NCBI RefSeq assembly: GCF_018350175.1
Contig: NC_058368.1
Span: 93,498,001-93,562,000, forward strand
Source: Felis catus
Taxonomy: Eukaryota
DNA length: 64,000 nucleotides
Direction of reading: 5' to 3'
Shown here: positions 51,872-63,826 of the stretch, piece after piece
How the letters are laid out: each line of letters begins with the position of its first letter
Position numbering within the stretch: position 1 is the first letter of the stretch
Translations under genes and position numbers: made by a program
The notes under the pieces: generated by a model
What the model was told of the DNA's origin: nothing
Seen by the model: only the letters and a program-made list of their open reading frames with translations
Databases searched by the model: none

Positions 51872-52502
51872 ATAGACAAATCAATGGAACAGAATAGAGA
51901 GCCCAAAAATAAACCCAAGCTTATATGGTCAATTAATCCATGATGAAGTAGGCAAGAATATACCATGGAGAAAAGACAGTCTCTTCAACAAATGGTGCCG
52001 GAAAAACTGGACAGCTTCATGCATAAGAATGAAACTGGACCACTTTTCTGCACCATATACAAAAATAAACTCAAAGTGGATTTAAGACCCAAATGTGACA
52101 CCGAAACCATAAAACTTCTAGAAGAAAACATAGCCAGTGATTTGTTTTAACCATCAGCTGTAGAAACACTTTTCTATATATGTCCCCTCAGGCAAGTGAA
52201 CAGAAGCAAAAAAAAAAAATTAAAAATTAAAAATTAAAAAAAAACCACTATTGGGACTACATCAAAATAAAAGCTTCTGAATGCCACCCTCACTTGGAAA
52301 GAGCCTGCCAAAGATTGAAATTAACAGGAGAAACACAGAGATAAGAGGTGGAGAGAGACTCATCCTAGAGCCCCAAGGCCACACATTTACCTTGGTGTTT
52401 TTAATCACGTGAGACAACAAATTCTTTTTTCTAAACCAAAAGGAGAGAATGTAGAACTTAAGATTATACATTTAAACTATGACAAAAGTAATTTATAAAG
52501 TT

Positions 52503-52600
52503 AGGAGCACCTGACTGGGTCAGTTGTAAAGCATGTAACTCTTGATCTCAGGGTCAGAAGTTCAAGCCCCATGATGGGTACAGAGCTGACATTTTTAAAA
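52503..52600 (+). mobile_element. Old short CanSINE
   Basis: ACTCTTGATCTCAGGGTCAGAAGTTCAAGCCCCA. Confidence 0.8.
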
Positions 52601-52802
52601 TTTTTTTTCTTTTTAAAATAATGTATGGAGTGAAACACACAAAATAAAAACGAAAAAGAAATGTAAAAACCATTTTGTTTGGTTCAGGAGATATTTTTTA
52701 AATGTCCTTTTTTGCTTGAGGAAGATGAGGGGAGGGGCAAGAGGACAAATAGGAGACATAATCCAATAAAAAGGTCCAGAATGGAAGTGGTAAGGCAAGG
52801 GG

Positions 52803-52804
<2 letters not shown>

Positions 52805-52838
<34 letters not shown>
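52805..52838. repeat. Poly(A) run, 34 nt
   Basis: Seen directly. Confidence 0.95.
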
Positions 52839-52842
<4 letters not shown>

Positions 52843-53264
52843 ACTCACATTTCTGGCTTCAACAACAGCAGCTTGAGCTGTTTTATTTATAGAGATGGGG
52901 AAAAAGTAAAGGAGAAGCAGGTTTTGAAGACCAAGAGTTAACATTGAGAAATGTAAAAATCTTTCCAACTATGAAGGTGAAAAGAACAGAAATATAAGTC
53001 TAAATACCTAACAAGAAGCCAGCACTGAAGATAGAAACTTGGTAATACTGTTAAACTGACAGTATTTGAAGTGTCTGGAAGGAAAGAGCACAAGGGGAGA
53101 TGGGAAAGACTGAAGGGGAGAAAAGCCCAGGATGGAGTCTTGATAAGCTTTTCACATTATATGAGGACAGAAAGGAGGTAAGGGGTGGGCTAGCATCACA
53201 GAAGAGCAGCCAATAAAGTGAGGGGGAGGGGTGGAATTTAAAAAGAGGGACCCTGGCAAAATCA

Positions 53265-53466
53265 AGAGATAAGAATCAAAAGGTTTTAAAAATATGTTTA
53301 CAAATTCTTCAAAATTCTTCTCTTCAGGTGAGCTTAATTTCCTTACCCTTAAGCATGGGCTGGACTTAGTGACTCACTTCTAATGAATAAAATAAAGCAG
53401 AAGTAAGGACATGTGACATGGGAGATTAGGTGATAAAAAGACACTTCAGCTCCTGTCTTAGTCATT

Positions 53467-53510
<44 letters not shown>

Positions 53511-53810
53511 CTGTCCCTCTCTCTATCTCTCTATCACTCACTCCAAGAGAAGCTAGCTGCCATGTCTTGAGTTTAGCCATGCAGTACTATGGGGATTCCC
53601 AGGTAGCAAAAATCTGAGTCCTCCAGTCCACAATCATGTGAGTATGGCATCTCAGAAGTGAATTCTCCTGCCCCAGTCAAGCCCTCAGATGACAGCAGCC
53701 CTGCCCTCATGAGAAACCCAACTCCTAGATACCTGACCCTCATCACCTGTGAGATAATAAATGTATGTTCATTCAAACCACTAATTTGGGATAATTGGTT
53801 AAGAATAGAC
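53265..53810 (+). mobile_element. MLT1E/F-like LTR with internal (CT)n
   Basis: GGGCTGGACTTAGTGACTCACTTCTAATGAATA; CCCCAGTCAAGCCCTCAGATGAC; TGTGAGATAATAAATG. Confidence 0.78.
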
Positions 53811-53813
53811 ACA

Positions 53814-54085
53814 GGGTTGCCTGGGTGGCTCAGTCAGTTAAGCGTCTGACTCTTGATTTAGGCTCAAGTCACAATCTCATGGTTCATGGGTTTGAGCCCC
53901 ATGTTAGCCTCTGTGCTAACAGTGTGGAGCCTGCTTGGGATTCATTCATTCATTCATTCTCTCTCTCTCTCTCTCTCTCTCCCTCCCTCCCTCCCTCCCT
54001 CTCCCTCTGTCCTTCCCCTGCTTGCACACACTCACTCTCTGTCTCAAAATAAATAAAATAAAACTTAAAAAAAATTTTTAAAAAA
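53814..54085 (+). mobile_element. Felid CanSINE with expanded CT tract
   Basis: SINE head and tail; TSD AA(T/C)AGACACA. Confidence 0.93.
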
Positions 54086-54711
54086 GAAGGTAACAGACAC
54101 AAAGATACTACAAGAAGGCAGGAGAGGTATTGTATGTTGCAAAGAGCTCAACACGGTGTAATGGGGTGGGAGACAAGTTGGAAATGTGTCAAGATGGGAA
54201 AGAATGATGAGAACACAAAGTGGACATTTCTTCTGAGAAGTTCAGCATGGCAGGGAAGCAGAGAAACTGGGCAACAAGCTGGCAGAAACACTAGGAAGAC
54301 ACCAGAAGCAGCAAAGGCCATGGAGGTGAACAGCGATGAGATCCAGAACCACAGTCAACGGGCTGGTGAGTGACAGAAGCAAAAAACTTGTTCCACTGAA
54401 ACAGGAAGAAGGCAAGAAGACACAGCCAAAGTAAAGTACCCTCTTAGATGTTTTTAACACTAGTTTCTCAGTAATAGGAGGTAAGGCAAACCCATATTCC
54501 CAGTCCCTGGTGGGTAGACATCCGGCCTCTAGTAGAGTTCTTCACAATGTCACCAGGGACATGGTGTCCTGCATCTCCCTGAAGGAGGGAACTGCCTTCC
54601 TGGGAAGCTACTCCTGGAACAAGCCAGCATAAATCTTCATTCCGACATCAGAGGAATATCTAAATCCTTACGCTGATTCAGAAAAAGAAGATTTTAAAAT
54701 ATACCAAATTT

Positions 54712-54935
54712 GGGATACCTGGGTGGCTCAGTCAGGTGAACATCCAACTCTTGGTTTCAGCTCAGGTCATGATCTCACGGTTAGTGAGTTCAAGCCCTTC
54801 ATCAGGCTCTGTGCCGACAGCGTGGAGCCTGCTTGGGATGCGCGTGCCCTCTCTCTCTCTCTCCCTCTCTCTGTCCCTCCCCTGCTTGCTCACTCTCTCA
54901 AAATAAACAAACTTTAAAAAAAAAAAAAAAAAAAA
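54712..54935 (+). mobile_element. Felid CanSINE
   Basis: Complete body with A-tail. Confidence 0.94.
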
Positions 54936-54938
54936 CAC

Positions 54939-55002
54939 TAACCACGAGATCATGACCTGAGCCAAAGTTGGATGCTTAACCAGCTGAACCACCCAGGCGC
55001 CC
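54939..55002 (-). mobile_element. 5' 64-nt fragment of a CanSINE abutting the previous SINE's tail
   Basis: GAGATCATGACCTGAGCC...CCACCCAGGCGCCC. Confidence 0.9.
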
Positions 55003-56656
55003 CATGTCACCTGTATTGACACACTTAAGACTCTTACAAAAAGTCGACCACCAAACAGAGAAAACGGAGAGACCCAGGAACATAGGATACATTACATTGG
55101 AAAGAAATCCAAACAAACATGTTCTGTATTTGGAAAATTAAAAAAGACAAAATCTACCACATTTGACTACATTTTCTCTATTTTTTCCCTCTAGCCTTTC
55201 AAAGACTGCTTGGCCTGTTTCTAGCTATGGTCTTGGGCTATTGTTTAAGGTCATGACGAAGCACAAAATATTTGTTCTTGGTCCTAATCTCAGATACCTT
55301 TCTGCCCCCAATCTTCATTATTCCAATCTTACCCCAGCTTCCTGACCCAACTTAATTTCTTTTCCTTAAATGCACTCCAGAAGGATCTCACTTCTGAACT
55401 TGGAATAAACACTATCTGCTTAATTCACTTAACGCTTACTCATGTACTTGTTGCCTCTCATTGATTTCCCTATATTCCGGGACAATGTTTAGACACCACC
55501 TTCAAGAACTCCAAACTGTTTATTATGTAATTTGTGTCTCCCCATGCTTGGGCTTACTTCAAGAATCTTTAGGGCTTGCCTATGTGCACAAATTCAAATA
55601 CTACAACCGCAATAATTACATGTTCCGTTTCAGCTTGTCCGTTTAATCTTTTGTTTTAAATCCAGCTCAGTAGATTAACCTTTTGCTTCAGTTTCATTTA
55701 ATATCAGGTGAGGCACTGAGGATACAAAGATGAGTAAAAGAGTGCCTGCCTATAAACGGCTTATCAGTCACTGAATGAATTTGTCGAGAGCCAGCTCTGC
55801 TAACGAACATGCAGAAGCACTTCGCATGGCCAGGGAAGATAAATAAGTACCGGTGCCTAGAAGCTCTCCGTATAGAGTGCATGGGGCTGGGAGGAGAGAG
55901 AAGAGAGCAAGAAAAAAGCAAATACTTTGAAGGGTCCCTGAAGGCGGTAGAGAAGGACCGTAATCATGGGTTGGGGCCAGTTCTTCCCAGAACGAGGCAT
56001 ATGTCAGAAGCTGAGCATCATTCAGAGTACTCAAGTCAGAAACAGCTACTCACCTCTTTGAAACCTGAGTCCCGTGCTTGCGGGAACGCAGGCTTGGATT
56101 ATTCTGATATAGTCTCTTAGCAGCTCTTCCTCTGCTTTCTATTTCTAGCTTTTAACTGGTTCAAAATACAGCTGCACCACTAACTCCCTGTCCATTTCCA
56201 GGGCTGCTCACGTGACTTTCAATTTCTAATAAGCATTATTCCCTTTTACTTTTTGAAATGGGCTTCTGGTATTGACTTTGATATTCCAAGCCCTCCCATA
56301 ATTGCCTTGAAAGTATTTAAATGGCTCCACACCCATGCCACTGGCAAGCCCAGACGGGAGGTCCAGAGGTGGTTCCCCTGGAAGATTTGCACCCGGGGCT
56401 AGGGTTCTATCCAGTGAGTTCTTCACCTGTTGTGCAAGTAGAACACAACATCATTCTCAGATTGGGGCAAGAGTGCCTTGCTTCATTCTCAAAGGTAACA
56501 CTACATAGTGATGCCACTCCCACCCCACCCCATCCACACCCTGCTGTTACTGTGTCCAGAGCAAGACTGTAAAGCAGAAGATTCTAAGTAAGCACTCGGT
56601 ACCAAGATTATGGACTCCAAAGGCAGGCTGACCTGGTTTTAACCCGAGCTATTAGA

Positions 56657-56870
56657 GGGGCGCCTGGGTGGCTCAACCAGTTGAGCACCCAACCTTTGAT
56701 TTCAGCTCAAGTCATGATCTTGCAGTCCATGAGTTCAAGCCCCATATCAGGCTCCGCGCTGACAGTGCGGGGCCTGCTTGGGATTCTGTCTCCCTCTCTC
56801 TCTGCCTCTCCCCTGTTCACTCCCTACCTCTCTCTCTCTCAAAATAAATAAATAAACGTTAAAAATTTTT
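56657..56870 (+). mobile_element. Felid CanSINE
   Basis: TSD TTAACC(C/T)GAGCT. Confidence 0.94.
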
Positions 56871-56889
56871 GTTTAACCTGAGCTTTGGA

Positions 56890-58640
56890 TTCACACACTC
56901 CTTCATGAGTACCTTTACTGAGCACCTACTCTACGCCAGGATCGATGCCCTCCCTGCTTTTGTGGAGTTCAGACCATGGCAGGGCAGATGATCATTTCAA
57001 GAGTGCAGTGGGTACCTGATGGTGAGGAGCAGAGAAAGCCCTGGGAGGACAGAGGAATACCTGTGCTCCATAAAGAGGGAGAGGCTTCCTAGCAGACGTA
57101 CTGCCCAGCCTGAGCGCAAAGGGAGAAGCGTGGGCTCATCAGCAATCGGGGATGGACGAATGTTCCTGGCGTAGAGGGCAGCATGTACGGAGACCCCAAG
57201 GACGAGAGAGCACACAACAGGACAAGGAAATGCAGGATGTGGTTGAAAAGTGGCGGGTAGGAAAGAGCCTGGCAGAAAATGAAGTGGAAACAAGACCTTA
57301 CCTGTTCCCCACAAGCATCCAGAGGGCATCGTGATATTCATGGGCAGCTACTGAGTGCAAGAGGAGAGGGCAGAATCTCAGTTTTGTGTTTAGAAGGCTT
57401 AATCTCACAAGGTCTGTAGAGAAAGCACTGGAGGGAAGAGACCTAGCAAAACAGGTCACTTTGGAAGCTGTCACCATAGTGGCGGTCATAAATGTTAGGA
57501 GCCCCAGGGGCAGCTGGGTGGCTCAGTCGGTTAAGTTTCCAACTTTGACTCAGGTCACTACCTCACAGTTTGTAAATTCAATCCCCACACTGGACTTCCT
57601 GCTGTCAGTGCAGAGCCCACTTCAGATCCTTTGTCTCCCTCTCTCTGTCCCTCTCGCACTCTTTATCTCAAAAATAAATAAGCATATTTTAAAAATTATA
57701 TAAATGTGGCGTGCCTGGGTGGCTCAGTTGGTTAAGCGTCCGACTTCAGCTCAGGTCATGATCTCACAGTTCGTGAGTTCAAGCCCCACATTGGGCTCTG
57801 TGCTGACATCTCAGAGCCTGGAGCCTGCTTCAGATTCTGTGTCTCCCTCTCTCTCTCTGCCCCTCCCCTGCTCCCGCTCTGTCTCTCTCTCTTAAAAATA
57901 AGTAAACATTAAAAAAATTTTTTTTTAATTATGTAAATGTGGGCACCTGGGTGGCTCAGTTGGTTAAGCCTCTGACTTCAGCTCAGGTTATAATCTCGAA
58001 GCTCGTGAGTTCAAGCCCCGCGTCGGGCTCTCTGGGCTGACACCTCAGAGCCTGGAGCCTGCTTCAGATTCTGTGTCTCCCTCTCTCTCTCTCTCTCTCT
58101 GTCCCTCCCCTGCTCATGCTCTGTCTCCCTCTCTCTCAAAAATAAATAAACATTAAAAATTTATAAAATATTACATAAATGTTAGGCCCTGGCAGAGGAG
58201 AAACAGAAGAGAGAGTGTGCATGAGAGAGAGTTAGGGACCAGAACCAACAGAGTCTGGAGACAGGTCGAATGTGAGGAGCAAGAAAGAAGGGAAGAATAA
58301 CTTCCAGGTTGCTGGCACACACAGCAATGAGCTTTCTAAAAGAGGGACTCTGGGAGCCTGGGCACACCTTGGAAAGACAATGAGTGTAATTCCAGATGTG
58401 ACCAATTTGAGGTGCCAACGACACGGCCAAGTGCAGGGGACTGGTGGGCACTGGACTAACTCGTCTGGAGCTCAGAACAGAGATCCAGGCAGAACATGTG
58501 GAGATGAGAATCATTGGGACACAGACAGTGAGGGAAGCCAGGTACCCGGTGAAACTGGTCAGAGGAGATGTAAATGGAGAGATGAATGACCTTGGAATCA
58601 TCAGTCACAAAAGACGCCCAGATAAAGATGAGCCCACAAA
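56890..58640 (-). mobile_element. Degenerate L2 hosting a triple-SINE stack
   Basis: TTTACTGAGCACCTACT...CCCTGCTTTTGTGGAGTTC resembles an antisense L2 3' end; continues after 58180. Confidence 0.6.
57507..58165 (+). mobile_element. Three head-to-tail CanSINEs (57507, 57708, 57941)
   Basis: Three heads; TAAATGT repeated at all four borders. Confidence 0.95.
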
Positions 58641-59018
58641 AAAATCTCATGGAAGAGTTTCTGGAAAGGAATGAAGAGGCAGAATTTCTTCCATAAAGTG
58701 CAAATAACAATACATATCCCAGAAGGTATATACATACGTAATGTATGCATGTAAGTCAAACAGAATGTCCCCGATAGACCAGTTACGTAAAAGGTACACA
58801 ATAAATGGTAGCTGTCATCAGCATTAATGTTACAATTTATAATAAAAATCACCCATGAATCTTCCTTAGGTGTTTAGGTAAATGTCTGTTTTTTGTAATA
58901 CGTCTTAACAACACAGATGAACTCTGGAAATATAATATATAATAGTCTGGGATACAAGCCTTGAACTGAACAATGTGCATTTATTCTAGAGGATATATTT
59001 GAAACAAATGAAAATTCT

Positions 59019-59240
59019 GGGGCACCTGGGTGGCTCGGTCGGTTAAGCATCCAACTCTTGATTTGGGTTCAGGTCATGATCTCACAGTCATGAGACTGAG
59101 CCCCATGTCAGGCTCTGTGCTGATAACAGGGAACTTGCTTGGGATTCTCTCTTCCTCTCTCTCTCTGCCTCACCCCCATTCATGTGTGCTCTCTCTCTCT
59201 CTGTCAAAATAAATAAATAAACCATTTTTAAAGGAAGAAA
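59019..59240 (+). mobile_element. Felid CanSINE
   Basis: TSD AAAATTCTG. Confidence 0.94.
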
Positions 59241-60228
59241 AAATTCTGAAGTAAATACATGTAGTTTAACAAATAAGTTTACTCTTCTGTCTCTCTGTAA
59301 CTGTATGGGGTCAGTTCATGGAAACAGCAAGGTGATCACACAAAGTTGAGAATAAACTTTGGAGAAATGAAACACAGAAAGGATATTCATCACTTAAGGG
59401 ATGGTTAAAAGTGACAAAAGAATCATCTATAGTGGCTCAGGGGTTTGGGAGCACCTCATTTAATCTAAGATATAAGGCACACGACACTTAATCAATATTC
59501 ACCAAATGAATGAGTACGTTTGAGTCATGCACACACAGCCAACTGCTGGGTCTCTCCACCATGGCTTCCCATGGACACCCCACATTCAATCAGTAAGGCA
59601 GACCTATCTTTTCCCCCAAACCTGCCCTCTTTCTCACTTCCCTAGGCAGGTTAATACCACTATCACCCAGCCAGCCAAAGACTCTGCTCTCTGCCCCCTC
59701 CCTCGCCCCCAAACCACCACATCTCATCCATGCAACATTCCATCCATGCAACACGCATGCTCCATCTGAAATCAGAGCCACCCCCTCAAAACCCAAACAT
59801 CCCCCACACCAGCCCCCTGCTTAACGCCTCCACTGGCTCCACATTGCTGCAGGAAAGATTTCCAACTCTTCGATAGCATAAAAGATCCTGCACAGTCTGA
59901 CCGCAGCTTGTCCCCAATGAACCCGCCCATTCCCTAGTCGTACAGAAGCCCTTGAGGCCCCCTGGAACCTCACAGGGGGCCTTCACACAGCCCTGCCTTG
60001 GGCAAGGAGTTTTCTTCCCACCTCAGTTTCCAGGACTCCACCTCAGACACTCTTCTCCAAAGCCTTCCTGGCAACCATCCTTTCACATTGTCACACATAC
60101 AAAGAACTCCCCAATCTGCCCAGCATATGAGATCCTAACACCTACAGTATTTCACTGCAATTACACGTATAAATGTGTGTCTCTTTGTTCCTTCAGGAGT
60201 ATTAGCTCTTTGAAAGTACAGCCACTTC

Positions 60229-60544
60229 AAAATTAACAACACAAGAAACAACAGATGCTGGCGAGGATGGGGAGAAACAGGAACCCTCTTGCACTGCTGG
60301 TGGGAATGCAAACTGGTGCAGCCACTCTGGAAAACAGTATGAAGGTTCCTCAGAAAATTAAAAATAGAGCTACCCTACGACCCAGCAATTGTACTACTAG
60401 GTATTTATCCAAAGGATACAATAATGCTGACTCAAATGGGCACGTGCACCCCAATGTTTATGGCAGCACTATCAACAATAGCCAAAGTATGGAAAGAGCC
60501 CAAGTGGTGTCCATCGACTAATGAATGGTTACAGAAGATGAGAT

Positions 60545-60584
<40 letters not shown>

Positions 60585-61225
60585 ATATTACTCAGTAATC
60601 AAAAAGAATGAATTCTTGCCATTTGTAACAACATAGATGAAACTAGAGGATATTATGCTAAGAGAAATAAGTCAGAGAAAGACAAACATCATATAATTTC
60701 ACTCATATGTGGAATTTAAGAAACACAACAGATGAACGTAGAGGAAGGGAAGGAAAAATAAGAAAAACAGAGAGTGAGGCAAACCATAAGCGACTCTGTT
60801 TTAAAATTTTTTTTAATGTTTATTTACATATGAGAGAGACAGAGCTCAAGCAGGGGAGGGGCAGAGAGAGAGGGAGACACAGAATCTGAAGCAGGCTCCA
60901 GGCTCTGAGCTGTCAGCACAGAGCCTGACGTGGGGCTCAAACTCATAAACTGTGAGATCACAACCTGAGCTGAAGTCAGATGCACAACTGACTGAGCCGC
61001 CCAGGTGTCCCTTTAAGAGACTTTTAAATACAGAGAACAGACTGAGGGTTGTTGGGGGGGAGGGGGTGGGAGATAGGCAAAATGGATGATGGACATTAAG
61101 GAGGGCACTTGTTGGGATGAGCACTGGGTGTCATATAGAAGAGATGAATCACTGGGTTCTACTCCGGAAACCAATACTACATGGTATGTGAACTAACTTG
61201 AATTTAATTAAGTTAAAAATTAGAA
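60229..61225 (+). mobile_element. 5'-truncated felid L1 containing a SINE and a (CA)n run
   Basis: ORF2 C-terminal motifs; TSD AAAGTA(C/G)AGCCACTTC at 60213 and 61226. Confidence 0.95.
60798..61011 (-). mobile_element. Felid CanSINE in L1 3'UTR
   Basis: TSD TAAG(C/A)GACT. Confidence 0.94.
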
Positions 61226-61639
61226 AAAGTAGAGCCACTTCTTAGCCACCTTTGTATCTTCCACATAAGATACAAAGTGTCTAATATACAGTAGGTGCTT
61301 GATAAATGTTTGCTTGCATTTATATCTTACTATTTATGTATTAGTACTTGTTATTTCTTATAGTAGGCTTTTTTATTTGATGGTCTGGTTTATTCAGTAG
61401 TCTTTTGCGCGCCAAATTTGGGTAGAGAAGTTCTAAGAACAGACACCTTTTCATACATTGATCAGATCATGATTCTGCCTTCAAAAACTGCAGAAATTCC
61501 TAGAACAAATCTCCTGAAATATGATAACCCCGTCAAGATAAATTCATCCAGTGCGAACCATCTGGTTTCTATAGAACACCTGAATTATAATAATCTATTG
61601 TGAGCTCAGGGACATTTAAAGTTCTCTGGAGCTAATTCT

Positions 61640-62250
61640 AGTAATACAATGGAGCTTTTATGAAGAAAATAACAAAAGTCTACTGAGGGACATTGAAGAA
61701 AACGCGAACTACCTAAAAGCAAAATGGGCATTGGATATAAACCAGCAATTCACAAAAGAAAGAGAATTGCCCACGGAAGCAGTCCAAGGATTGGAATCTG
61801 ACAAGGATTAAGAAAACTGATCATGTCTGGTGTCAGTCAAGGATAGAGAAACAGGCACTCTCAGGCACTAACGGTAGGAACGTAAATCCTAGAGCACTTT
61901 GGAGGGAAACCGACATGATCCAAAATAAGAGTAAATGTTTAGAACCTTCATCACTCTCATTTCGAGGAATTACTCCTGTAGAAACACTTGTATGAATGCA
62001 CAAAATACACGCACATACACATGTTCACATACACCCGGCAGCACTGATTATGAAGACAGAACATTGGCCATAATCATATGATGATCATCACACACTGCTC
62101 GATAAGTACCTTTTGGTGCGTCTATGAACGGAATTGTATACACCCATTAAAACAACCAAAATGAGTATGTTCTGACACAGACACATGTCCGGTACAGTTA
62201 GGTCAAGACAAATTACAGAATAATACCATTAATGATTATTATAGTATACT
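61640..62250 (+). mobile_element. Old L1ME/MD-like remnant
   Basis: AAAATGGGCATTGGATATAAACCAGCAATTCACAAAAG; GAGAAACAGGCACTCTC; CACTTTGGAGGG. Confidence 0.6.
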
Positions 62251-62257
62251 ACTATGA

Positions 62258-62682
62258 GGGACGCCTGGGTGGCTCAGTAGGTTAAGCATCCGACTTGGGC
62301 GCAGGTCATGATCTCACAGTTCTTCAGTTCGGACCCCACATTAGGCTCGCTGCTGCCAGCACAGGGCCCACTTTGGATCCTCTGTCCCCCTCTCTCTCTG
62401 CCTCTCCCTCACTCATTCTTTCTCTCAAAATAAGTAAACTTAAAAAAAAAAAAAATACTGGGGCGCCTGGGTGGCGCAGTCGGTTAAGCAACTGACTTCA
62501 GCTCGGGTCATGATCTCACGGTCCGTGGGTTCAAGTTCCACATCGGGCTCTGTGCTGACAGCTCGGAGCCTGAAACCTGCTTCAGATTCTGTGTCTCCCT
62601 CTCTCTCTGCCCCTCCCCCAACTACGCTCGGTCTCTGTCTCTCAAAAATGAATAAATGTTTAAAATTTTTAAACAAAAAAAA
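62258..62682 (+). mobile_element. Two head-to-tail CanSINEs (62258, 62460)
   Basis: Two heads; the second sits behind the first A-tail. Confidence 0.94.
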
Positions 62683-62768
62683 GAATACAACCTTCAAAAT
62701 CATTGCCGTATTCTATCCGACTTGTGCTAGTACCTACTTGTTTCTTTAAAATCAACCAATATTTTTCA

Positions 62769-62983
62769 GGGGCACCTGGGTGGCTCAGTCATTTAAGCCT
62801 CTGACTTCAGCTCAGGTCATGATCTCACAGTTTGTGGGTTGGAATCCCGCACCCGGCTCTGTCAGGCTCTGTGCTGATAGCTCAGAGCCTGGAACCTGCT
62901 TCAGATTCTGTATCTCCCTCCCTCTCTGCCCCTCCTCTGCTCATGCTCTTTCAAAAATAAATAAACATTTAAAAAATGCTTTT
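62769..62983 (+). mobile_element. Felid CanSINE
   Basis: TSD AAATCAACCAATATTTT at 62749 and 62984. Confidence 0.95.
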
Positions 62984-63792
62984 AAATCAACCAATATTTT
63001 TATACGAATGAGTGTAAGTTAAAAGTGATAATAACCATGAAATCCTAAGTTCAGTAGGTAGGTTTACCCAAAATATACGGAACATTAAAAGAAAATGTGT
63101 TCACCCCCATACTATCTAAAATCATCTCTTGTGCATCCACTAGTATTTTGCATACCACAGTCCTGGAGCCCATGTGGGGACTGGCAAAGAAAACCAAACG
63201 TCGGGTGGTGGCGGGGGGAGGGGGTGGCTCCTTCACCAAACAAGTTCACCTGGAAACTCTTGGGGGAGGGATGTATTGTAAGGAACTTTCATTTTCCCCA
63301 GTACAGATGTCCAGGATATTTAGGGTTTCACGATGAACACGGAAGACTGAGTCTGCACTGTGACACCTGCCACAGAAGAATCGGGGGAAGGACATTCTCC
63401 TCTAACACCCAGTCTCCTCTCCACCACCTCTGCCCTGTTCTCTGCATCCCTAACCCAAACTTCTATGCTGGACAACAGTGAGTCTAGCAGGGAAGGGGGC
63501 CAGGGCAGCTCACCTCCCTCTACCTGATGGAATCCAGAACTCTGGTTATACGCAGCCAAGGCCAAACTACCTGTGTTACATAAAGGCAACCATTTGCATA
63601 AAATATCCCCTTCAAATGACTGCAGCCGAGCAACAAAGAGCAACCTGAATTTCTTCCCAGCTCGATTATGTTATCCAGCTAGATACCCCAAGGAGCTGAT
63701 GCGTAAGGTATGAGCAAATGACCCAAGAAGAATGTGTGAGGACACTGAACACATAATGCCAGACACCTACAAAAGACTGGCAATTCTAACGC

Positions 63793-63795
<3 letters not shown>

Positions 63796-63823
<28 letters not shown>
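63796..63823. repeat. (CA)n microsatellite
   Basis: Seen directly. Confidence 0.95.

Positions 63824-63825
<2 letters not shown>

Positions 63826-63826
<1 letters not shown>

Larger units (their letters stand above)
48980..52280 (+). mobile_element. Decayed internal L1 ORF2 segment (late endonuclease through RT) with three SINE insertions
   Basis: ORFs [41 protein letters not shown] and [13 protein letters not shown] are ORF2p motifs; many frameshifts; no 3'UTR. Confidence 0.95.
59540..61320 (+). mobile_element. L2 3' region split by an L1
   Basis: AAAGATCCTGCACAGTCTGACC; ends CAGTAGGTGCTTGATAAATGTTTG after the L1. Confidence 0.6.

Noticed and set aside
48980..52280. An intact reverse transcriptase or novel retroelement system
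   Set aside because: Ordinary L1 ORF2 broken by stops, frameshifts and three SINEs.
4370..63022. Recurrent ORFs of the MAQSVKRPTSAQVMISRFVSSSP type as a peptide gene family
   Set aside because: They are translations of CanSINE bodies.
63095..63643. Overlapping ORFs of 128 and 107 aa
   Set aside because: No recognisable homology or clear exon structure.
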